DNA of 64,000 nucleotides. It comes from Anaerohalosphaeraceae bacterium (GTDB lineage Bacteria > Planctomycetota > Phycisphaerae > Sedimentisphaerales > Anaerohalosphaeraceae). The translations under genes and the position numbers were made by a program. Shown piece after piece: positions 56,114 through 64,000 of the stretch; within the stretch, counting starts at the first letter, position 1, and each line of letters starts with the position of its first letter. The notes beneath the pieces were generated by a model that saw only the letters and a list, made by a program, of their open reading frames with translations, did not search any database and was not told where the DNA came from. The stretch is taken from the NCBI GenBank assembly GCA_963675525.2, contig CAXXSL010000020.1, forward strand, positions 96,001 through 160,000. Direction: 5' to 3'.

Positions 56114-58479
56114 ACATGAACGAACGTATCAAGAAACTTCGCAAACAAAGCGTCGAAATGAAACCTTATATCAGCTCGGAGCGGGCTGAACTGGTGACCG
56201 ATTTTTATCAGTCGGGCATTGCCTCACAGGTTTCCGTTCCTGTGGCAAGGGCAATGCTGCTAAAGCATATCATGGAAAACAAAACCATCTGCGTCAACGA
56301 TGGCGAATTGATCGTCGGTGAACGGGGTCCGGCTCCCAAAGCCACGCCCACGTATCCGGAGCTGTGCTGTCACGGTCTTGAAGACCTCGAGATCATGAGC
56401 CGGCGAGATCGAACCACATTTAACGTCAGCGAAGAGGTCAAAAAAGTCTATGCCGAAAAGATCATCCCGTTCTGGAAAGGCAAAACAATTCGCGAGAGCG
56501 TTTTTGACGCGATGACCGATCCCTGGCACCTGGCCTTTGAAGCAGGCGTTTTCACTGAATTTATGGAACAGCGGGCTCCGGGCCATGCCATTCTCGATGA
56601 TAAGATCTACAAACGCGGCCTGTTGGACTTCCAGGATGATATTCGCGAAAGCCTGCGAAAGCTGGAAAATGCAAACGACCCTGAGGCCGATGCCAAACAG
56701 GAGGAACTTGAGGCCATGCGCATTGCCATCGATGCGGTACTGGTTCTTGCCAAACGGTACGCCGACACATGTGCAGAGATGGCAGCCGGCGAAAAAGATC
56801 CCAGCCGCAAACAGGAACTGGAGCACATGGCGGCGATTTGCCGGCATGTACCGGCTTATGCCCCCCGGACATTCCATGAGGCCCTGCAGGCTTACTGGCT
56901 TGTGCATCTTGGCGTGATCACGGAACTGAATGTTTGGGATTCGTACAATCCGGGACGACTGGACCAGCACCTCCGGCCGTTTTATCAACAGGAGATTGCC
57001 GACGGAACGCTCACTGAGAAGGATGCAAAAGAACTGCTCGAATGCTTCTGGATCAAGTTCAATAACCAGCCCGCCCCGCCGAAAGTGGGCATCACCGAAG
57101 AGCAAAGCGGGACGTATACGGATTTTGCCCTGATCAACGTCGGCGGCGTCAAACCCGAAGACGGCGAGGATGCCGTCAACGATGTGTCCTATTTGATCCT
57201 GGATGTTGTTGAAGAGATGCAATTGGTTCAGCCCAGCGCCTGTATCCAGTTGAGCATCAAAAATCCGCAGGCCTTTGTCAAGCGAGCCTGTGAAGTCATC
57301 CGAACCGGTCTTGGCCAGCCGTCGGTATTTAATACGGAGGTGATCCTGAAAGAAATGCTGCATGACGGCAAAACCATTGAAGACGGCCGTGCCGGCGGTC
57401 CCAGCGGCTGCGTCACCATCAGCGCTTTTGGAAAAGAAAGCTGTACATTGACCGGCTACTGCAACTGGCCGAAGATTCTCGAACTGGCATTGAATAACGG
57501 CATTGATCCCAATTCCGGCAAGCAAATCGGTCCCCAAACCGGGGCCCCCGAAACCTTTACGGATTTTCAGCATCTCATCGTTGCTTATAAAGAACAATTG
57601 CGATACTTCCTTGACCTGAAAGTCGAAGGCAACAGCACCATCGAACGGATTTATGCAGAGCAAATGCCCGCCCCGTTCATGTCGGTGCTGGTGGACGACT
57701 GCATCCGAAAAGGAAAGGACTATCACGATGGCGGGCCGCGCTACAATCCAACCTACATTCAGGGCGTCGGTATCGGAACGCTGACCGATGCGCTGGCGGC
57801 GACGAAATTCCATGTGTTTGACAAGCAGACGCTAACCATGCGGGATTTGGCCGCCGCGTTAAGAAGTAATTTTGAAAATGACGAATCGTTACGGCTGCGG
57901 TTGGAACATCAAAGTCCGCGTTACGGCCGCGATGACGATTATGCCGACGCCATCGCAGTAGAGGCATTCAATATCTACTACGATCTGCTCAACGGCCGGC
58001 CCAACACCAAAGGCGGCAAATACCGCGTCAACCTGCTGCCGACAACGGTCCATATTTATTTTGGCCAGGTTACCGGTGCCCTGCCGCATGGACGAAAAGC
58101 TGGAATGCCGCTGTCCGACGGCATCTCTCCGACACAAGGCACAAAATCCGACGGCCCCACCACCATCGCCAAATCCGCCTCCAAGATCGACCATGCCCGC
58201 ACCGGCGGCACCCTGCTGAACATGAAGTTTAACCCGCAGGTACTGGAAGGCGAGGGACTGGACAAGCTGACGTATCTGATTCGCGGCTATTTCAAACTCC
58301 AGGGACACCACGTTCAGTTCAATGTCGTCAGTAAAGAAACAATGCTGGCTGCCCAGAAAAACCCGACTGCCTACAAGGATCTGATCGTCCGGGTCGCCGG
58401 CTACAGCGATTATTTTATAGATCTGGGCGTTGACCTGCAGAACGAGATCATCGCAAGAACTGAAATGGCAGATATTTAA
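56110..58479 (+). CDS. Glycyl radical enzyme, trans-4-hydroxy-L-proline dehydratase (HypD)-like, variant active site
   Basis: FTEFMEQRAPGH, KFNNQPAPPKVG, TYTDF, LPTT.HIYFG, RVAGYS; Cys loop reads SGCVT. Confidence 0.88.
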   Translation: MNMNERIKKLRKQSVEMKPYISSERAELVTDFYQSGIASQVSVPVARAMLLKHIMENKTICVNDGELIVGERGPAPKATPTYPELCCHGLEDLEIMSRRDRTTFNVSEEVKKVYAEKIIPFWKGKTIRESVFDAMTDPWHLAFEAGVFTEFMEQRAPGHAILDDKIYKRGLLDFQDDIRESLRKLENANDPEADAKQEELEAMRIAIDAVLVLAKRYADTCAEMAAGEKDPSRKQELEHMAAICRHVPAYAPRTFHEALQAYWLVHLGVITELNVWDSYNPGRLDQHLRPFYQQEIADGTLTEKDAKELLECFWIKFNNQPAPPKVGITEEQSGTYTDFALINVGGVKPEDGEDAVNDVSYLILDVVEEMQLVQPSACIQLSIKNPQAFVKRACEVIRTGLGQPSVFNTEVILKEMLHDGKTIEDGRAGGPSGCVTISAFGKESCTLTGYCNWPKILELALNNGIDPNSGKQIGPQTGAPETFTDFQHLIVAYKEQLRYFLDLKVEGNSTIERIYAEQMPAPFMSVLVDDCIRKGKDYHDGGPRYNPTYIQGVGIGTLTDALAATKFHVFDKQTLTMRDLAAALRSNFENDESLRLRLEHQSPRYGRDDDYADAIAVEAFNIYYDLLNGRPNTKGGKYRVNLLPTTVHIYFGQVTGALPHGRKAGMPLSDGISPTQGTKSDGPTTIAKSASKIDHARTGGTLLNMKFNPQVLEGEGLDKLTYLIRGYFKLQGHHVQFNVVSKETMLAAQKNPTAYKDLIVRVAGYSDYFIDLGVDLQNEIIARTEMADI

Positions 58480-58627
58480 GTGTCTCCGCCCCAATAACAG
58501 TTTTTCTGGGTTTCTGTAAAAATTTGGTGTGTTTTGGCAGGAACTACTTGAAATTCATGTTTTATTGGCTATGATGTCAGCTTCTTTTGGGGACAAACCC
58601 CAAAACGCGTGTTGAATACTGAAAAAA

Positions 58628-58701
<74 letters not shown>

Positions 58702-58764
58702 TTTTCCCATTCGGCACACAATGATCAACGCTCTCATAATTGAAGTACATAAGAGGTCAAAAGT

Positions 58765-59757
58765 ATGTCAGAATTCTTCAATCGGGTTGTTAAAAAGGCA
58801 TCCGAAAATATTCGCACGATAGTTCTGCCGGAAGGAGGGGACGAACGGACCATCGAAGCGGCCGCGCAGGTTCTGGAGTTGGGATTCGCAAAGATCATCC
58901 TTCTCGGCGATGTCAAAGCCATCGAAAACAAACTGAAAGAGTACGGCGGCGACCCCGCAAAACTTCAAATTCTCAATCCTTCCACAGACAATAAACACGA
59001 CGAATTTTCAAACGCCTTTTACGAGATGCGTAAGCACAAAGGTCTGTCTCTGGAACAGGCCGACAATATTATCAAAGATGAGGTCTATTTCGGCACCATG
59101 CTGGTTAAATTAGGCTACGCGGACGGGCTTGTCGCCGGGGCGTGTCATGCATCCGCCGACACTATCCGCCCTGCCCTGCAGCTAATTAAGCCCATTCCGG
59201 GCCTGCGAACGATCTCCAGCACCTTCTTCATGTGTCTCGGCGAACAGACATATCTGTTCAGCGACTGCGGCCTGGTGCAGAATCCCACGTCTTCGCAGCT
59301 ATGCGACATTGCCATCGAAACCACCAAGACAGCGTTCTTGTTCGGTCTCGAACCGCGGGTGGCGTTTTTGTCCTATTCGACCAAGGGTTCCGGCAGCGGC
59401 GAAGGGGTTGACAAGGTTGCCCGTGCTGCCGAGCGCGCCAAAGAAATTATGTTCGCCCTCTTTGGAGCCAAGGTGCCTGTTGATGGGGAACTGCAGTTTG
59501 ACGCGGCATTCGTTCCGGCGGTGGCCGAGTTGAAATGCCCGGGGAGTCCGCTCAAGGGCAATGCCAACGTGTTCATCTTCCCCGATCTTGCATCGGGAAA
59601 TATCTGCTATAAAGCCGTCCAGCGACTGGCGGGGGCTGAAGCATTCGGCCCGGTCCTGCAGGGGCTGGCAAAACCGGTCAATGACCTGTCCCGCGGCTGC
59701 AACGCACATGATATTGTGGCAACGGTCGCCATCACGGCAATTCAGTCACTCTGTTGA
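58765..59757 (+). CDS. pta: Phosphate acetyltransferase (short form)
   Basis: IVLPEG, SDCG, LSYSTKGS, DGELQFDAA, GNICYK, PVNDLSRG. Confidence 0.95.
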   Translation: MSEFFNRVVKKASENIRTIVLPEGGDERTIEAAAQVLELGFAKIILLGDVKAIENKLKEYGGDPAKLQILNPSTDNKHDEFSNAFYEMRKHKGLSLEQADNIIKDEVYFGTMLVKLGYADGLVAGACHASADTIRPALQLIKPIPGLRTISSTFFMCLGEQTYLFSDCGLVQNPTSSQLCDIAIETTKTAFLFGLEPRVAFLSYSTKGSGSGEGVDKVARAAERAKEIMFALFGAKVPVDGELQFDAAFVPAVAELKCPGSPLKGNANVFIFPDLASGNICYKAVQRLAGAEAFGPVLQGLAKPVNDLSRGCNAHDIVATVAITAIQSLC

Positions 59758-59775
59758 CAGATTGATTTAAATAAT

Positions 59776-59807
59776 AAAAAAAGCCCTGAATATCGCAGGG
59801 CTTTTTT
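59776..59807. terminator. Bidirectional terminator between pta and bfr
   Basis: A7-GCCCTG-loop-CAGGGC-T6. Confidence 0.9.
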
Positions 59808-59834
59808 ATTTAACCAAATTTGTACTCGCAGGAT

Positions 59835-60371
59835 TTATTCGCCCGCCTGGCGTGCCACAAATCCCTGCGTATTTAAGCCCGTCGCCGAAGGAGTACCTGC
59901 AATCTGAGCCAGATAAACATTGCCAAGGTTTTCGATATGGCCGCGAATATTGTCGAAATAATTGAAATGGGCCTGTTCTTCGTCGATAACATCTTCAAGA
60001 ATCTTCGCGGTCACGTTATCACCGTTTTCGCGGCATGTTTTCAGAAAGCCGTTGTAAATAAACACGGTATCATCTTCCAGTTTGACATCAAACGGAAATA
60101 TTGCTTCAACCTTCTGTCCTTTCTGGACCTTATCCGCCAGATCCGCCGTCGGTTCGCCGCCCAGTTCCTTGATTCGTTCGGCAAACATTTCGGCATGCCG
60201 CATTTCATCAACGGCGATCAGCTTCATTTTAGCCGCCAGTTCACCATAATCCATGTCATCCAGATTATAATGCTGGTTCATATACTGACCAATTGCCTGA
60301 AGTTCCATCGCACGGGCTTTGTTCAGAACCTCAATCACCGCCTGTTTGGCCTGTTCTTTATTACTCATCAT
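59835..60371 (-). CDS. bfr: Bacterioferritin
   Basis: EL.AI.QY, DEMRHAE (haem Met), ERI..LGG.P, EEQAH. Confidence 0.92.
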   Translation of the reverse strand: MMSNKEQAKQAVIEVLNKARAMELQAIGQYMNQHYNLDDMDYGELAAKMKLIAVDEMRHAEMFAERIKELGGEPTADLADKVQKGQKVEAIFPFDVKLEDDTVFIYNGFLKTCRENGDNVTAKILEDVIDEEQAHFNYFDNIRGHIENLGNVYLAQIAGTPSATGLNTQGFVARQAGE

Positions 60372-60507
60372 ATTTCTCCTGTTCAGGGGTATATCATTTA
60401 CATCCGGTATTCAATCATGCAATCACAGAACTATGTAAATAAATGAGCTGAAACTTGTCAAGTATAAATTGGGAGGAAAGTTGAAGGGGTTTGTCGAATT
60501 TAAAACA

Positions 60508-60593
60508 TGCCCAGGAGAGGATTTGAACCTCCACGAGGTATTAACCTCACCAGGCCCTCAACCTGGCGCGTCTGCCAATTCCGCCACCTGGGC
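60508..60593 (-). tRNA. tRNA-Leu(GAG)
   Basis: GCCCAGGTGGCGGAATTGGCAGACGCG, anticodon arm CCAGG-TTGAGGG-CCTGG, long variable arm. Confidence 0.96.
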
Positions 60594-60680
60594 ATAAGGT
60601 GAGCATTTTAGGCAAAAAATCGGAGAAATCAAGCCCCAATCTTTCAAATTTCGTTAATTCCCGTTCAATTTCCCACGCTT

Positions 60681-62093
60681 TTAATCGATCTTGACAATGT
60701 CCTGGTATTTGGGGACCATAACGTCCCATCCGGTTTTTTCGATGAGGAAATCTTTGAAGCTGTGGGCGGCTTCTTTTTCGCCGTGGACGACGAAGATTTT
60801 TCGCGGCTTATTTTGAATATTCTGCAGCCAGGTCAGAATCTCCAGTTTATCGGCATGGGCGCTGAATCCGTGGACCTGTACAATGTTGGCATTGACGGGG
60901 AGCATCTGACCCAGGATACGCACTTCGGCGCCCTTCTCGGCCTCGAGAATATTGCGGCCCAGCGTACCGACCGCCTGATAGCCGACAAACAGCACGGTGC
61001 ATTCGGGGCGGGTGATATTGTTGACGAGATGGTGCTTGACACGACCGCCGGTGCACATGCCGGAACCGGCGATAACCATAATGGTGCCTTTGATGGTATT
61101 GATGGCCTTGGATTCGCGAGTCGACGCAACCAGCTTCAGCCCTTTGAAGGTAAAGGGTGATTCGTCGTGCGCCATCAACTGTGTCATTTGTTTATCGTAC
61201 AACTCGGGGTGTTTTTCGAAGACCTTTGTCACCCGAACGGCCATGGGACTGTCGAGGAATGTCATAATGTGCGGGATACGGTCCTCCATGAGCAATTCGT
61301 TCATATAGTACAAGACTTCCTGAGCGCGTTCGATGGAAAAACTGGGGACGATAATATTTCCGCCGGCCTCGATGGTTTTATTGACCGCGTCGCAAAGCTG
61401 CTCCTTGGTGTCTTCTACACTGGTATGCACACGATCGCCATAGGTGGATTCCACGAAGATATAATCGGCTTGGGTGAAAATCGCGGGATTTTTCAGTATC
61501 GGTTTACCGATACGGCCTAAATCACCGGTAAAGAGGATCGTTCGCTGCTCGCCGTCCAATTTTACCACCACTTTGATAATGGACGAGCCGAAAATATGCC
61601 CGGCTTCGTGGAAACTGGCTTCAATGTCGTCGGCAACCTGGACAGGTACATTGTACTGAACCGGTGAAAACAGCGTCGAGCAGTTCTGCGCCTCTTCCTG
61701 TGTATAGAGCGGTTCGACCGGCCGCGGCGGGGTGTGGCCCGCGCGTTTGTGACGCTTAATCTTAAATTGCGCATCTTCTTCCTGGATCTTGCCGGAATCG
61801 GCCAGCACGATCTCGGCAATCTCTGCGGTGGCTTCGGTACAGTAAACCCTGCCTTTAAATCCTTCTTTGACCAGTTTCGGCAGCAACCCGCAATGGTCCA
61901 GATGGGCATGGGTCAATAAAACGGCATTTAGTTCCGCCGGATCGACGCCGAAATCGGCCCAGTTCCTGTCCTGCAGATCACGCTCCTGGTACAGCCCACA
62001 ATCGACCATCACTTTTGAGTGGTTAAACTCGAGTAAATGCCGGGAACCGGTCACGGACTCGGCGGCTCCGAGAAATCTGACTTGAATATCCAT
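60681..62093 (-). CDS. MBL-fold beta-CASP ribonuclease family protein
   Basis: THAHLDHCG, AGHIFGS, ESTYG, GMCTGGR, FSAHAD, VHGE. Confidence 0.93.
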   Translation of the reverse strand: MDIQVRFLGAAESVTGSRHLLEFNHSKVMVDCGLYQERDLQDRNWADFGVDPAELNAVLLTHAHLDHCGLLPKLVKEGFKGRVYCTEATAEIAEIVLADSGKIQEEDAQFKIKRHKRAGHTPPRPVEPLYTQEEAQNCSTLFSPVQYNVPVQVADDIEASFHEAGHIFGSSIIKVVVKLDGEQRTILFTGDLGRIGKPILKNPAIFTQADYIFVESTYGDRVHTSVEDTKEQLCDAVNKTIEAGGNIIVPSFSIERAQEVLYYMNELLMEDRIPHIMTFLDSPMAVRVTKVFEKHPELYDKQMTQLMAHDESPFTFKGLKLVASTRESKAINTIKGTIMVIAGSGMCTGGRVKHHLVNNITRPECTVLFVGYQAVGTLGRNILEAEKGAEVRILGQMLPVNANIVQVHGFSAHADKLEILTWLQNIQNKPRKIFVVHGEKEAAHSFKDFLIEKTGWDVMVPKYQDIVKID

Positions 62094-62163
62094 TAAATTC
62101 TCCTGTTATTTTGTCACAACTGAACTGCATGACAATTCAAAAAAGATTCATTGTTCTTGTATC

Positions 62164-62194
62164 TCTGGATTCCCGCCTTCGCGGGAATGACAAG
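62164..62194. repeat. REP-like palindrome, inverted copy of 4687-4717
   Basis: 31/31 identity; intergenic between mltA and the beta-CASP gene. Confidence 0.85.
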
Positions 62195-62217
62195 TGAAAC
62201 TTTTCATTACGTTTGCA

Positions 62218-63426
62218 TTATTTCAAATACGGCCCCATCATGCCCGGTTTCAGGAAGAGGTAATACAACTTGCCTTCTTCATACACCTGTCCGGCCATTT
62301 GGCCGGCTTTGTCACCGACGCCCATATAAACATCGCAACGGCCCGGTGCACGGATCGCCCCGCCCGTATCCTGATCAAGCGCAAAACCGGTGTAAGGCGC
62401 TTTTTGTATCATGCCGCCAACCGCTCGGGGCAGTTTTGTTTTCAAAAACGTGATACACGCCCTCGGATAGATCGACTTGTCCGTAGCGATCGACCGGTAG
62501 GGAATGACCTGTTCGTTGAGGCTGCCGCGAGGGTTGCCTGAATCCGTTCGGAAGAAAACATAGCGTGGATTGCGGTTGATATAATCGGCAACATGCTCGG
62601 GGTGCAGTTTAAAATAATCTATCATCCCCTTGAGACTCATGCCTTCGGCAGGCACCCGGTTTTCATCGATCAACTGCCGAGCGACGCTTTTGTATTCGTG
62701 TCCGTTGTTGGCGGCGTAGCCAAGTGTTATCATTTCGCCGTTTGGCAGGCGAATGATCGCCGAGCCTTGTACGTGAGCGATATAGACCTCGAACGGGTCG
62801 GCCAGCCATGCGATCTCGGTGCCCTTTAACATGCCCGAGGTTTCGATCTCTCTACGCGCCGGATACGGGGCGACCGAACCGTCCGGCTTTTTTTGTCCAA
62901 GAATATCGCCCTTTTCATTCTTGACCAGATCCGCAGGCATTTTATACAAGGGATATTTGAATCTTTCAGATGCTTTCAGCGAGCCGTCAAAGATCGGGGT
63001 GTAGTAGCCGGTGAAAAGCACCGTGCCCATATTGTCACAGCCAACGGACTGATAAAAATCGAATCGGGCACGAATCGCAGTATCCAGTTCCCTGCCATAC
63101 AGGCCGCTGTCGAGAAGCGTCCCGAGTGCTTTGAGGCTGGCAACCGCCCTGTCGTGTGTGATCTCTCCGGACGGGAAGAACAGCTTGCTGGAAGGTTTGG
63201 ACAAGTAGCTTAAACTGTTGTCAATTCCGTCACGCAGATTTTTGAGATCGTAGCAGGCCATGGTCAGGTCGGGAATCATCGACGGGTCGGTGATTCTACG
63301 CAAGGCGTAAGCGCCGGGCGGTAATTGCCTGTCATATTCAGGAGCTTTGATCTCCTGAGCGGTTTTACAGCCTGTCAATACCAAAATTGACGCTAAAACG
63401 ATTAACAACAGAAACTTACATCTCAT
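62218..63426 (-). CDS. mltA: Membrane-bound lytic murein transglycosylase A
   Basis: Lipobox LTGC, FTGYYTP, VQGS, NPRYVFF, QDTGGAI, 3D-domain aspartates. Confidence 0.93.
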   Translation of the reverse strand: MRCKFLLLIVLASILVLTGCKTAQEIKAPEYDRQLPPGAYALRRITDPSMIPDLTMACYDLKNLRDGIDNSLSYLSKPSSKLFFPSGEITHDRAVASLKALGTLLDSGLYGRELDTAIRARFDFYQSVGCDNMGTVLFTGYYTPIFDGSLKASERFKYPLYKMPADLVKNEKGDILGQKKPDGSVAPYPARREIETSGMLKGTEIAWLADPFEVYIAHVQGSAIIRLPNGEMITLGYAANNGHEYKSVARQLIDENRVPAEGMSLKGMIDYFKLHPEHVADYINRNPRYVFFRTDSGNPRGSLNEQVIPYRSIATDKSIYPRACITFLKTKLPRAVGGMIQKAPYTGFALDQDTGGAIRAPGRCDVYMGVGDKAGQMAGQVYEEGKLYYLFLKPGMMGPYLK

Positions 63427-63656
63427 ATCGACTCCGTGATCCTATTCTAAAGTGTCTTCGCTGCTTCGTACTAAGTTTATTCGATATAGTTACTTATGCA
63501 TCTTATGGCCAGAGGCCTCATCTGTCAACAGTTAACTCATCGTACAATTCGCCACTGATTCTTTAATGAAGTAAAAAGAATTGACAATTCACAAAAAAAC
63601 GCGGAGAATAAATACCTAACATAAAATATTAACTTCCTTTGAGAAAGGGGCAAAAC

Positions 63657-64000
63657 ATGAGAATAACAGGGTTGATTTTACTGGCGGCAATTTCGGTTAG
63701 TTTCCTGGGCTGCACGACAGCGGAGAGTTACTATCGAGAGGGTTACGATTTCTACCAGATCGATAAGGTGGCGGTGGTCGATGTGATCGGGCCGGTCGGA
63801 AGCGAAGCGGCCAAGAATCAGATCGCGGATTTCTTTGTGATGGAATTGCTGAAAAAAGGCTATTCACCGATCGAACGCTCCCAGGTGCAGGTTATCCTGA
63901 ATGAGCAGAAGTTCCAGTCCTCAGACATTACCAGCAACGAAGGCGTTGCCAAGACAGGTGAAATTCTCAATGTTCCTGTCGTCCTCTTTGTCAATGTCCC
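63657..64000 (+). CDS. Lipoprotein, CsgG/HfaB-like fold (3' partial)
   Basis: MRITGLILLAAISVSFLGC; IERSQVQVILNEQ..G.ILNV. Not in the ORF track because it runs off the window end. Confidence 0.7.
   Translation, partial: MRITGLILLAAISVSFLGCTTAESYYREGYDFYQIDKVAVVDVIGPVGSEAAKNQIADFFVMELLKKGYSPIERSQVQVILNEQKFQSSDITSNEGVAKTGEILNVPVVLFVNV

Noticed and set aside
56260..57813. 517-aa antisense ORF
   Set aside because: Shadow frame of the glycyl radical enzyme gene; no recognisable motifs.

Overview
Bacterial chromosomal window, most likely from Planctomycetota (Phycisphaerae/Sedimentisphaerales-like). This is inferred from an H-X9-DG prepilin, dockerin-like repeats, a PEP-CTERM protein and many ECF sigma factors. 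Housekeeping content: clpB (5' partial), rluA-family, hpt, M48 peptidase, mntP, Rrf2-TauE, cyclophilin, mlaE/F, a long minus-strand operon (DUF502-hpf-ptsN-ptsH-ptsI-TIGR03936-rne-kdsD-kdsC-giant LptC/LptA-like), hisI, pta, bfr, a beta-CASP nuclease, mltA, tmRNA, tRNA-Arg(ACG) and tRNA-Leu(GAG). Main observations: (1) three tandem ECF sigma/anti-sigma cassettes whose anti-sigma genes each carry an internal GGAG-N7-ATG that would start a signal-peptide-bearing second isoform; (2) an ECF/ZAS pair sharing an exact twin divergent promoter motif (AGGTAACA-N17-GTCTTAT) with a secretin-less T2SS/T4P-like operon; (3) a 1841-aa GH13 + GT5 fusion; (4) a HypD-like glycyl radical enzyme with Thr in place of the CxE glutamate, next to a frameshifted activase; (5) serial tmRNA-3'-like junctions delimiting cargo modules; (6) a decayed AT-rich region and a hotspot of nested REP-like repeats. 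No CRISPR array, integrase or intact transposase was seen. All family calls come from motif recognition by eye; no searches were run.
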